A program made the translations under genes and the position numbers. The notes below the pieces were generated by a model. The model ran no database searches. It was not told where the DNA came from and saw only the letters and a program-made list of their open reading frames with translations. From the NCBI RefSeq assembly GCF_000018785.1, contig NC_010163.1, positions 330,001-362,000 of the forward strand: 32,000 nucleotides of DNA, in the 5' to 3' direction. Positions 17,344 through 26,421 of the stretch are shown piece by piece. How positions within the stretch are numbered: the first letter of the stretch is position 1; each line of letters begins with the position of its first letter. Origin of the DNA: Acholeplasma laidlawii PG-8A (GTDB taxonomy: Bacteria > Bacillota_I > Bacilli_A > Acholeplasmatales > Acholeplasmataceae).

Positions 17344-19414
17344 AAAGAGACAAAAAGATGTATATCAAGAAGTGTTTACAATACCTCAAATACCTAAAAT
17401 AGATGGTATACGTAAACAACATAAATATGTTAAGGAAGGATTTATCTCTCCGCTTTTTGGTAGTGACGTAAAAGATGAAATTCATGTACCGTTTGTTGTC
17501 AGAGTCATTGGTGATAAGGTAAAAAAATATGACGCCTTTAGAACTGTACCTAAAATGGATGATGATGCCAATATTCAAAAAACTGGTAATAAATATTATG
17601 AATTTAAAGATGGTATTATTTCTAAAGAAACTAGAAAACAAATTTTCGGTATAGATTCTTATAAACATAAAAACCAAGATGCACCTGTAAAAGAAGATGT
17701 AGCCTTTGAACCAAAAATTGAAGAAGAGATTCAACCAATTAAAATGAATCACGTGGAAACACCTGAAAATACACTACCACCTTGGATGCGTGGTAAACAT
17801 ATTGAGACAACACCAGAAATTGGTGGTCTTGATGTGGATACATTTAAGCGTCCAAGTAAAGGAATTCAAATTAAAGCTAATTTTGGTGAGGAAATTAGTG
17901 AAGATTATCCAGAACAAGCACCCCCTAAATATGTTGAACCTAAGAAAACGGAAGTTAGACAAGCATTTAGAGCACACACACCTACTAGTAATTATCAACT
18001 GCCACCATTAACATTACTTAAAAAAGTAGAAAGAAGCGCAGATGATAAACCTGAATGGTTAGTAGAACAAGTTGAACGTATTAATCAAACCTTAATTGAT
18101 CACGCTGTTGAAGGTGAAGTGGCTCAATCTAAAAAAGGTCCAACAGTTACAAGACATGAGATTTCTCTAGAACCTGGTGTTCCGGTAAAACGTATTACAA
18201 GTCTTCAAGATAACTTAATGATGAATTTAGCTGCTAAAACACTACGTATTGAAGCACCAATTCCTGGTAAACCATTTGTTGGTATTGAAGTACCAAATAA
18301 GATTGCTGATATAGTATCCTTTGGTAATGTTGTAGATACAGATGAATTTTTAGAAGATCATAAACATCCACTTAAAGTAGCTTTAGGGGAAGATATTGAT
18401 GGTACAAACATTTATGTAGATATCGCTAAAATGCCACACGGTTTAATCGCTGGTGGTACCGGATCTGGTAAGTCTGTTTGTGTGAACTCCATATTAATTT
18501 CTTTATTATTAAAGAACAGACCAGAGGACTTAAAACTAATTTTAATTGACCCTAAAATGGTAGAACTTACACCTTATAATGATCTACCTCATTTAATCAC
18601 GCCTGTTATTACAGATCCAAAAATGGCTGCAACAGCACTAAACTGGGTTGTTGATGAAATGGAAGATCGCTATAAAAAATTTGCAGGTACAAGATCAAGA
18701 GATATAGGTAGTTTTAATGAGAATGTTAAAAAGGGATTTATTGATGAACAAAAAATGCCTTTAATTTTAATCGTCATTGATGAGTTAGCTGACCTTATGA
18801 TGGTTGCTGCACATGATGTTGAAAATGCTATTCAACGTATCACTCAAAAAGCACGTGCAGCAGGGATTCACTTACTTGTAGCAACACAAAGACCAACAGT
18901 CGATGTCATTAGAGGTACGATAAAGTCAAATATTCCTACACGTATTGCATTTAGAGTGGCAAGCTTTACAGACTCTACAACCATTTTAGATGGTGCAGGG
19001 GCTGAGCAATTACTTGGTCGAGGCGATATGCTTTTAAAAGAAGCTGAAAGACCAATTAGATTACAAGGTGCTTATATTTCAAATAACGAAATTGATGCCG
19101 TTATTGATTTTATCAGACAACAAACAACGCCACAATATATCTTAAAACATGAAGATTTAAGACATATTGTACAAGCAAAAGATACCATTGATGATGATCT
19201 ATTCGCACAAGTTGCAGAATATGTAGTAAGTGAAAATAGTTGTTCTATCAATGGTATTCAAAAAGAATATAATATTGGTTTTAACCGTGCACAAAAAATA
19301 GCTACCTTATTAGAACAATATGGTATTGTCTCCCCTGCACAAGGAACCAAAGCGCGTGAAGTCTTAATTGATATGTTAAGCTTACGAGAAATTTTAGAAA
19401 AGTTGGGATTATAA
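17333..19414 (+). CDS. ftsK: FtsK/SpoIIIE-type DNA translocase lacking N-terminal TM domain
   Basis: 693 aa; TTG start with gggggaagag SD-like region; PHGLIAGGTGSGKSVCVNSILISLL (Walker A), LILIVIDELADLMMVA (Walker B), HLLVATQRPTVDVIRGTIKSNIPTRIAFRVAS, and a C-terminal gamma-like winged-helix region. Confidence 0.93.
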   Translation: MKRKKRQKDVYQEVFTIPQIPKIDGIRKQHKYVKEGFISPLFGSDVKDEIHVPFVVRVIGDKVKKYDAFRTVPKMDDDANIQKTGNKYYEFKDGIISKETRKQIFGIDSYKHKNQDAPVKEDVAFEPKIEEEIQPIKMNHVETPENTLPPWMRGKHIETTPEIGGLDVDTFKRPSKGIQIKANFGEEISEDYPEQAPPKYVEPKKTEVRQAFRAHTPTSNYQLPPLTLLKKVERSADDKPEWLVEQVERINQTLIDHAVEGEVAQSKKGPTVTRHEISLEPGVPVKRITSLQDNLMMNLAAKTLRIEAPIPGKPFVGIEVPNKIADIVSFGNVVDTDEFLEDHKHPLKVALGEDIDGTNIYVDIAKMPHGLIAGGTGSGKSVCVNSILISLLLKNRPEDLKLILIDPKMVELTPYNDLPHLITPVITDPKMAATALNWVVDEMEDRYKKFAGTRSRDIGSFNENVKKGFIDEQKMPLILIVIDELADLMMVAAHDVENAIQRITQKARAAGIHLLVATQRPTVDVIRGTIKSNIPTRIAFRVASFTDSTTILDGAGAEQLLGRGDMLLKEAERPIRLQGAYISNNEIDAVIDFIRQQTTPQYILKHEDLRHIVQAKDTIDDDLFAQVAEYVVSENSCSINGIQKEYNIGFNRAQKIATLLEQYGIVSPAQGTKAREVLIDMLSLREILEKLGL

Positions 19415-20274
19415 TGAAACAGGTTCAATGGTTTCCAGGACATATGTTCAAGTCCTTGAGAGAAATCAAGGAAAAAATTAAACTCATGGATATGGTATTT
19501 TTGCTCGTTGATGCAAGATTACCGTTTAGTAGTATGAATCCAGAGATTCTTAAAATTGTTGGTGACAAACCAACACTTTTATTGTTCAACAAAATCGATT
19601 TAGCTGATAGAAAAACTGTCGATAAATGGGTAGAATTTTATGAAGCGCAAGGTTTTTATACCCTCCTTATTAATAGTAATGATGGCTTCAATGTAAATAA
19701 AATTTATAGTAGAAGTAAAGAAATCTTAGAAGAAAAGATATTAAGATCTAAAAATAAAGGTATGAAGTTTGACCGTGTACGTGGAATGATTTTAGGTATA
19801 CCAAATGTTGGTAAATCTACCTTGATCAATAAGTTAGTATCTAAAAAGGCAACAAACGTTGGAAATAAACCAGGGGTGACTAAATCCCAACAATGGATTA
19901 AAATCAACCCACACTTCGAACTCCTTGATACACCAGGTGTATTATGGCCAAAATTTGAAGATGAAACTGTAGGGTTTGCGCTTGCCATTACTGGTGCGAT
20001 TAAAGATGATACGCTGCCAATGAATCAAGTAGTCATTTATGCAATTAACTACTTAAAAGAATATTATCCAATACGTTTAAAAGAACGCTATGGTATTGAA
20101 AATGTTCAGGATTTAGATGAAGTTGAAATACTTGATCATATTGGTAAAGTAAGAGGTGCTATTGTTAAAGGTGGCGAAACTGATTATGACAGAGTATATA
20201 CGATATTATTAACAGATATAAGAAATAGAAATTTAGGAGCACTAAGCTTTGACCATAGACAATCTAGCATTTGA
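19414..20274 (+). CDS. rbgA: Ribosome biogenesis GTPase A (YlqF/RbgA), circularly permuted GTPase
   Basis: 286 aa; WFPGHMFKSLREIKEKIKLMDMVFLLVDARLP, LLFNKIDLAD, GIPNVGKSTLINKLV, NKPGVTKSQQWIKI, LLDTPGVLWPKFED. Confidence 0.95.
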   Translation: MKQVQWFPGHMFKSLREIKEKIKLMDMVFLLVDARLPFSSMNPEILKIVGDKPTLLLFNKIDLADRKTVDKWVEFYEAQGFYTLLINSNDGFNVNKIYSRSKEILEEKILRSKNKGMKFDRVRGMILGIPNVGKSTLINKLVSKKATNVGNKPGVTKSQQWIKINPHFELLDTPGVLWPKFEDETVGFALAITGAIKDDTLPMNQVVIYAINYLKEYYPIRLKERYGIENVQDLDEVEILDHIGKVRGAIVKGGETDYDRVYTILLTDIRNRNLGALSFDHRQSSI

Positions 20275-20857
20275 AAAAGCACTTTATGATAAAGGGTATA
20301 CCTATATTTGTGGTGTAGATGAAGCTGGACGTGGTCCACTAGCTGGTCCAGTTGTTGCTGCAGCTGTAATTTTCGAAAAAGGTTTTTATCATGAAGACAT
20401 TAATGATTCTAAAACTTTATCAGCTAAAAAACGTGAAACCTTATTTGAACTCATTAAACAACATGCACTTGCAATTGGTGTAAGTGTTGTAAATCATGAA
20501 GTGATTGATAAAATAAATATATTAGAAGCAGCAAGACATGCAATGGAAGATGCTATTTCAAAACTAAAGATTAAACCACAATACGCATTAACTGATCATA
20601 TGGATATAAAAGGTATACCTTATACCTCCATTAAACATGGCGACCAACTATCTATATCGATTGCTGCAGCAAGTATAATTGCTAAAGTGACTAGAGATAA
20701 ATTGATGGTGGATTATGATGAGGTTTATCCTCAATACGGATTTAAAGACCATAAAGGTTATGGTACAAGAAAACATTTAGAGGCTCTAAATTTGTATGGT
20801 GTATCACCAATTCACCGTAAAACTTTTGCGCCCGTGGCTAAGTTATTAAAACAATAA
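20249..20857 (+). CDS. rnhB: Ribonuclease HII
   Basis: 202 aa; YICGVDEAGRGPLAGPVVAAAVI, DSKTLSAKKRE, ADHMDIKG, AAASIIAKVTRDKLM, YPQYGFKDHKGYGTRKHLEAL. TTG start preceded by taggagc. Confidence 0.96.
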   Translation: MTIDNLAFEKALYDKGYTYICGVDEAGRGPLAGPVVAAAVIFEKGFYHEDINDSKTLSAKKRETLFELIKQHALAIGVSVVNHEVIDKINILEAARHAMEDAISKLKIKPQYALTDHMDIKGIPYTSIKHGDQLSISIAAASIIAKVTRDKLMVDYDEVYPQYGFKDHKGYGTRKHLEALNLYGVSPIHRKTFAPVAKLLKQ

Positions 20858-20885
20858 TCATGTGAAATCATGGTTTTGTTTTTCT
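20856..20885 (+). terminator. Intrinsic terminator candidate after rnhB
   Basis: AATCATG-TGAAAT-CATGGTT followed by TTGTTTTTC; overlaps the rnhB stop codon. Confidence 0.6.
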
Positions 20886-20961
20886 ATATGGACTAAAAAA
20901 TGTAAAAAAAACCTTCTATATAATATATTTATATAGAATAAAATATAAGAAAATTGAATAC

Positions 20962-20989
20962 TTGACATCAAGAATTTTAATTATATAAT
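20962..20989 (+). promoter_or_regulatory. Near-perfect sigma-A-type promoter for topA
   Basis: TTGACA (20962-20967), 16-nt spacer, TATAAT (20984-20989). Confidence 0.85.
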
Positions 20990-21024
20990 TGATAAGGTAT
21001 AAAACTAAAGAATTGAGGCAATCT

Positions 21025-22812
21025 ATGTCAGACAAAGTAATTATTGTAGAATCACCTGCAAAATCAAAAACTATCTCAAGTTATTTCAACGATGAAGTAA
21101 CTGTTTTATCATCGGTAGGTCATATTAGAGACCTAGCAACCTCTGGTAAGGGTGGTTTAGGTGTAGATGTAGATAACAATTTTGAACCTACCTATAAAAT
21201 CATTACTGGTAAAGGTAAACTGATTACTGATTTAAAGAAAAAAACAAAAGGTAAAGAAGTTTTAATTGCAACCGACCCGGACCGCGAAGGAGAAGCTATC
21301 GCTTGGCATATCGCTGATGAGTTAGGTCTAGATTTAAACGAACATAACCGTATTGTTTTTAAAGAAATCACAAAACCTGCAGTTATGGAAGCAATCAACC
21401 ATAAACGTCAAATCGATTTAGGATTAGTCAACTCTCAAGAAAGTAGACGTATTTTAGACAGAATCATTGGTTTTAAACTATCTGCATTTTTAAGAGACAA
21501 AATTAAATCCAGATCAGCTGGTCGTGTTCAAAGTGTGGCTTTAAAACTAATTGTGGACTTAGAACGTGAAATTGAAAAATTTGTGCCTGAAACATATTTC
21601 ACCATGCATGCACATTTTAATGACCATGTAGCAGATTATGTTATTCCAAAAGATACACGTATTGGATTAGAAGAAGCTACTAAAATTGTTGAAACATCAA
21701 CAAATCCATTTTTAGTAAGTGATATTACTCAAAAAGAAACAAAAAGAAACGCTAAACCACCTTACATGACATCTACCTTACTTCAAGATGGCGTAAACAG
21801 TCTATATATGAGCTCTAGCCGTGTGATGTCAGTTGCATCTGAACTTTATCAAGGTATTGAAATCAATGGTCAAATTATCGGTTTAATCACGTATATGAAA
21901 ACAGACTCTAATCGTTTATCTAAAGAGTTTGTAAATCCTGCAAAAGCATTCATTGAAACAAACTATGGAAAAGAATATGTTGGTTTTTATAAGACAAATA
22001 ATAAAGACTCTAGTCAGGATGCCCACGAAGCAATCAGACCTACAGATATTCATTTAACACCAGAAAAAATAGAGCAATACTTATCAAAAGACCAATTTAA
22101 ACTTTATAAGAGAATTTATGAACGTGCAGTAGGATCACTTATGGCACCTGCAGTATTTAACAATACTAAAATTACGCTAGATTCAAATGGCAATATTTAT
22201 ACAATGGATGGAAGTATTCAAGTATTTGATGGTCACTTAAAAGTAACAGGTGATAAATCAAAAGATAAATTCTTACCTGAATATAAAATTGGTGATAAAC
22301 TAAATGCTGATTTAGTTGAAAAGATTGAAAAACAAACCCAACCACCTGCTCGTTTTAATGAAGCATCACTCATTAAAGCATTAGAAGCAAACGGTATTGG
22401 TAGACCATCTACATATGCAAGTATCATTAAAACGATTAAAGCACGCGACTATGTTATTGTAGATGAAAAACGATTTATTCCAACAGAACAAGGAAAGCTG
22501 ACAGTAGATACCTTGAATCAATACTTTAATAAAATCATGAAAATTGATTATACATCTAATATGGAATCAGAACTTGACTTAATTGCAGATGGTAAAGTTG
22601 ATCATATTCAATTATTGAAAGATTTTTACAATAAATTTATGCCGATTTTAGAAGCTGCTCAACAAAATATGGAAAAAATAAAACCGGTTGTAACTGATAA
22701 AATATGTCCACTGTGCGGTGGAAACCTAGTTATTAGAAAATCTAGATATGGTGAGTTCTATGGTTGCAGCAATTTTCCGAAGTGTAAACACATTGAACAG
22801 ATGTCGGAATAA
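21025..22812 (+). CDS. topA: DNA topoisomerase I
   Basis: MSDKVIIVESPAKSKTISSYF, VGHIRDLA, ATDPDREGEAIAWHIADEL, AGRVQSVALKLIV, ITYMKTDSNRLS, single C-terminal zinc ribbon CPLCGGNLVIRKSRYGEFYGCSNFPKCKH. The ORF-track start (TTG at 20989) lies inside the promoter, so ATG 21025 is preferred. Confidence 0.97.
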   Translation: MSDKVIIVESPAKSKTISSYFNDEVTVLSSVGHIRDLATSGKGGLGVDVDNNFEPTYKIITGKGKLITDLKKKTKGKEVLIATDPDREGEAIAWHIADELGLDLNEHNRIVFKEITKPAVMEAINHKRQIDLGLVNSQESRRILDRIIGFKLSAFLRDKIKSRSAGRVQSVALKLIVDLEREIEKFVPETYFTMHAHFNDHVADYVIPKDTRIGLEEATKIVETSTNPFLVSDITQKETKRNAKPPYMTSTLLQDGVNSLYMSSSRVMSVASELYQGIEINGQIIGLITYMKTDSNRLSKEFVNPAKAFIETNYGKEYVGFYKTNNKDSSQDAHEAIRPTDIHLTPEKIEQYLSKDQFKLYKRIYERAVGSLMAPAVFNNTKITLDSNGNIYTMDGSIQVFDGHLKVTGDKSKDKFLPEYKIGDKLNADLVEKIEKQTQPPARFNEASLIKALEANGIGRPSTYASIIKTIKARDYVIVDEKRFIPTEQGKLTVDTLNQYFNKIMKIDYTSNMESELDLIADGKVDHIQLLKDFYNKFMPILEAAQQNMEKIKPVVTDKICPLCGGNLVIRKSRYGEFYGCSNFPKCKHIEQMSE

Positions 22813-22845
22813 ATGTGTTATTAAATACATAAATACGCATTAAAC

Positions 22846-22874
22846 TTTACATAGAAAAAGAATAAGAATATAAT
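22846..22874 (+). promoter_or_regulatory. Strong promoter upstream of a non-coding region
   Basis: TTTACA (22846-22851), 17-nt spacer, TATAAT (22869-22874). Confidence 0.75.
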
Positions 22875-22880
22875 GAAAAT

Positions 22881-22980
22881 GCATCCAAACTATTGGGTGC
22901 TACTTATCCCCTATTAGTGTACTTAGTACACAAATCCCCTTTAATGATCCCCTGGCCTTTAGTCAGGGGATCGCTTTTTT
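22881..22980 (+). ncRNA. Candidate small structured RNA (unassigned)
   Basis: Starts at the predicted TSS. Hairpin GCATCCAA-ACTA-TTGGGTGC (22881-22900), hairpin GTGTAC-TTA-GTACAC (22917-22931), three ATCCCC motifs, and a terminator. No convincing ORF. Confidence 0.6.
22946..22980 (+). terminator. Strong intrinsic terminator
   Basis: GATCCCCTG-GCCTTTAGT-CAGGGGATC followed by gcTTTTTTT. Confidence 0.93.
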
Positions 22981-23052
22981 TATTATTAGTACCATTTAAT
23001 AATTCAAGTTCACTATGTTATAATAATACATATTACTAAAAAGGGATAAGTT

Positions 23053-25539
23053 ATGAAAAAATTAATATTACTGTTTTTATTGATGCCTATTTTAACTTCG
23101 TGTGAAATAGGCAAACCATTGATAGAGTTTGAATCTAATGGAGCGAATCACATCTCACCTATAGAATTTTTAGGTATAGAAAACCTACCTAGTCCAGAAA
23201 AGGAAGGACATACCTTTGAAGGCTGGTATTTGGATAACGGTTTAACGAATAAACTTATAGATGATGAACAAATCATTTCGAACACAAAGGTATACGCAAA
23301 ATGGATTGTTAACCAATACAACATCGAATTTGAAGTAGATGGTGGTATTGAAATCGATCCACTTACAAATGATTTTGGTGCAGATATTACAAATTTACCT
23401 TCACCTGAAAAAGAAGGGTATAGTTTTGATGGTTGGTATTTAGAAAGTAACTTAGCTACTTTATTTGAAAGTGATACAATGCCTTCTAAAAACATCGTAC
23501 TTTACGCAAAATGGAATATAAATAACTATGATATCAATTATTATTATGAAGGTGAACTATTAAGTAGTTTTACAGTGCCTTTTAATCAGATAGTTTTAGG
23601 AGAACATGCGTATGAAGCACCTAAAATTGAAGGTTATACATTTTTATCATGGAGTGTAGAACTACCAACACTTATGCCCGCTCATGACATTAGTATTGAT
23701 GCGATTTATGAAATTAACACCTATCAAGTCACTTACATAGACTATAATGGTGACATCTTATTAGAACTTGAAGTTGATTACAATTCAACAGCAGCATTAC
23801 CTGATGTACCAAATAATCAAGAAGGTTATCATTTTGTCAAATGGGATAAGACCAATGAAAAGATTTCATCAAATGTAACAATTAAAGCCGTTTATGAGAT
23901 AAATATATATGAAGTAACTATTTTAGACTACGATCAAACCTATCTTGGATCAGAGTCTATTGAACATGGTTCTATTTTCACAACAAGTATATTACCTCAA
24001 AACTATCCAGGGAAACTCTTTTTTGGATGGGATATAGGAACCGATATTATCACATCTGATCTTACAGTTGTTGCTGAATATAGTGATATCATTCATATTT
24101 CTTTTGAAGTAGATGGTGGATTAGAATTAGAAAATATACAAATACCAAAAGGTAAACCACTGAGTGTTGAACCAGTTACTTCCAAAATAGATTATTATTT
24201 TGTTAGTTGGTATCTAGATTCTGAATTTATTGAAATTTATTATCATGATCATATATTTACTTCAGATGCTACACTTTATGCAAAATATAGTGAAACAGCA
24301 CCAGAAGAAATAGTTATCATGCATGATAAATTAAATGAAGTAGATCCATTTCATCCATTTTATACAGCACCTGATAAAATGGAGCGACAAAAGGTTATTA
24401 AAGAAGTTGAAATAAGATTAAATGTTAAGGTTATATTTAAAGCATATCACGAACAAGCAGCTTATGGTAGAGACCGTATAAATAGTATTAAAAATAGTGC
24501 TATTGCAGGGGTTTTGATGGCTGATATATTATCAATTAACTCTGACTGGACAGTAGAACTTGTTAAAGCAGGTGCAATCGATCCTGTAGACAGATATATA
24601 ATGTTTTCTGGTGATTCAAAAATTTCTGAAAATTCCAAAATTTTAGGTATGTATAATGGCAGAATCTATACATTTACTGAAAACGAACCTACTGTAGACA
24701 AAGGTTTATTCTTCAATTTAGATTTATTGAGATCATTAGGTCTTGAAAACCCGGCTGAACTATTTAATCAAAACGGGTGGACTTGGTCGAACTTTGAAGC
24801 ATGGGCAACATCTGCTAAAACAGCTTTAGAAAGTTTAGGCAAAGAGTATAAGGTACTAGGTGGTAATCGTGCTTTATATGCTGAAAGCATAATTCCTTTA
24901 AATGGCAGTTCCTTAATTAACTATCGAAACGAAAGGGTTGAATTCCACTATGCAATTGCTGGAGAAACATATAGTTTCCTTCATGAATTGCATAAAAAAG
25001 GATTATTTGAAAACTCAGGAAGATATGATGCAGGTTCTCCTTTATGGTTATCTGGTAAAGTACTGATACATCCTGGTGAGTTATCTTTCTTAGATGCTTC
25101 AAATAGATGGAAGCATATTTCATTTGATTTAGGTTATGTGCCTTATCCAAGTAGTGATAATTATTTTGGAACATATCAATCAGCGATAAGTAATAAAGAT
25201 GTGTATGCTGTATCTACTAGTCAAAATGCTTATAAACAGGAACTCGCATTCAAAGTCTGGAATGAAATTCAAACTTGGAAAACAAAAGAAGATCAAATAA
25301 ATGACCTAAGCACTTTCTTACAAAATAGAATGAATGATGAAGCTTCAGTCTCAGCATATCTATCTATATATAATCAAATAACTATAGATCCAATAAACAG
25401 TCTAGGTATATTAAAAACCTCTAATTATAGTTGGTATACCGCTGCAAACCTGGCCATCATAAATGGCAATTGGAGGGATCAAATGGATATTATAAGACCA
25501 AGTTATGAAGATGCAGTTGAAACTTATTACGGATACTAA
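23053..25539 (+). CDS. Lipoprotein: InlB/Listeria-Bacteroides-type repeats fused to an extracellular ABC solute-binding domain
   Basis: 828 aa; lipobox LLFLLMPILTSC; repeated EGHTFEGWYLDNG...VYAKW / EGYSFDGWYLESN...LYAKW units; C-terminal DKGLFFNLDLLRSLGLENPAELFNQNGWTWSNFEAWATSAK and SISNKDVYAVSTSQNAYKQELAFKVWNEIQTWKTKEDQI resemble family-1 solute-binding proteins. Confidence 0.8.
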   Translation: MKKLILLFLLMPILTSCEIGKPLIEFESNGANHISPIEFLGIENLPSPEKEGHTFEGWYLDNGLTNKLIDDEQIISNTKVYAKWIVNQYNIEFEVDGGIEIDPLTNDFGADITNLPSPEKEGYSFDGWYLESNLATLFESDTMPSKNIVLYAKWNINNYDINYYYEGELLSSFTVPFNQIVLGEHAYEAPKIEGYTFLSWSVELPTLMPAHDISIDAIYEINTYQVTYIDYNGDILLELEVDYNSTAALPDVPNNQEGYHFVKWDKTNEKISSNVTIKAVYEINIYEVTILDYDQTYLGSESIEHGSIFTTSILPQNYPGKLFFGWDIGTDIITSDLTVVAEYSDIIHISFEVDGGLELENIQIPKGKPLSVEPVTSKIDYYFVSWYLDSEFIEIYYHDHIFTSDATLYAKYSETAPEEIVIMHDKLNEVDPFHPFYTAPDKMERQKVIKEVEIRLNVKVIFKAYHEQAAYGRDRINSIKNSAIAGVLMADILSINSDWTVELVKAGAIDPVDRYIMFSGDSKISENSKILGMYNGRIYTFTENEPTVDKGLFFNLDLLRSLGLENPAELFNQNGWTWSNFEAWATSAKTALESLGKEYKVLGGNRALYAESIIPLNGSSLINYRNERVEFHYAIAGETYSFLHELHKKGLFENSGRYDAGSPLWLSGKVLIHPGELSFLDASNRWKHISFDLGYVPYPSSDNYFGTYQSAISNKDVYAVSTSQNAYKQELAFKVWNEIQTWKTKEDQINDLSTFLQNRMNDEASVSAYLSIYNQITIDPINSLGILKTSNYSWYTAANLAIINGNWRDQMDIIRPSYEDAVETYYGY
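23120..24300 (+). repeat. About six degenerate InlB/Flg_new-like protein repeats
   Basis: Six successive about 60-aa units with the pattern (E/I)GYxFxxWyl...a.YeiN or YAKW, divergent at nucleotide level. Confidence 0.7.
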
Positions 25540-25569
25540 ACACTATATTCATTTAAATTGATTATTTTA

Positions 25570-25600
25570 AAAAGTCTATCGCTGTCGATAGACTTTTATC
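25570..25600 (+). terminator. Intrinsic terminator after the lipoprotein gene
   Basis: AAAAGTCTATCG-CTGT-CGATAGACTTTT then ATC. Confidence 0.9.
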
Positions 25601-25716
25601 TTGTTAAGTTATGATTCATGTGTAAAACATACATACACTTACCTGAATTTTTATGTGTTCTATGCTAAAATAAACATAGTATACTTTTCATGAAAATAGT
25701 ATAAGGAGGATGAAGT

Positions 25717-26421
25717 ATGTTAGAAGCAATCTATCTAACTAAGGCATATGATAACTTACTCGTTTTAGATGGTGCATCATTTAAAGTTGAAAAAAATCAA
25801 ATTGTTGGTTTACTAGGGCCAAATGGTAGTGGTAAAACAACAATTATTAAACTCATCAATGATCTCATTAAACCCACGAGTGGTCATATCATATTTAAGG
25901 GACACAAATTAAATATAGAAGATAAATCAAATATTGCGTATTTACCAGAGCGTAGTGCGCTTAATATGAGTCAAACTGTTTTAGATGTTATAAAGATGTA
26001 TAAAGACTTCTTTAGTGATTTTAATCAAGAACATGCCAAGCACATATTAAAATTGTTTGAAGTACCTGTAACTAAAAGATTATCTCAATTATCAAAAGGT
26101 CAACGAGGTAAGGTACAACTTGCACTTACACTCGGTAGAAAAGTAGATTTATATATACTAGATGAACCGCTAGACGGTATGGATCCAGCATCCAGAGACT
26201 TAATCATGAAGATTGTCTTAAAATATAAAAAGGAAGATTCCACGGTTTTAATCTCTACACACCAAATTACTGATATAGAATCTTATTTAGATTACGTTAT
26301 TTTATTGAAAAACGGAAAAATAATTGAGGCAGATCTTGCAAAAAATTTAGAATCTAGACACAATCTGACTTTATCTGCTTATTTTAAGGAGGTCTATAAA
26401 TATGATGAAGAAATTATATAA
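25717..26421 (+). CDS. ABC transporter ATP-binding protein
   Basis: 234 aa; GLLGPNGSGKTTIIKLI, LSKGQRGKVQLALTL (signature), LYILDEPLDGMDPASR; AAGGAGGA RBS. Confidence 0.95.
   Translation: MLEAIYLTKAYDNLLVLDGASFKVEKNQIVGLLGPNGSGKTTIIKLINDLIKPTSGHIIFKGHKLNIEDKSNIAYLPERSALNMSQTVLDVIKMYKDFFSDFNQEHAKHILKLFEVPVTKRLSQLSKGQRGKVQLALTLGRKVDLYILDEPLDGMDPASRDLIMKIVLKYKKEDSTVLISTHQITDIESYLDYVILLKNGKIIEADLAKNLESRHNLTLSAYFKEVYKYDEEII

Noticed and set aside
17252-17752. Minus-strand 166-aa ORF opposite the ftsK N-terminus
   Set aside because: Phe/Ile/Tyr-rich low-complexity shadow of Lys/Glu-rich coding sequence; the ftsK frame has SD, start and conserved domains.
17790-18011. Plus-strand 73-aa ORF within ftsK
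   Set aside because: Out-of-frame overlap with the ftsK linker region and no independent support.
17741-18011. Initially considered an inserted accessory domain in FtsK because of the long Lys/Pro/Glu-rich region
   Set aside because: It reads as an ordinary variable disordered linker; no repeat or domain signature.
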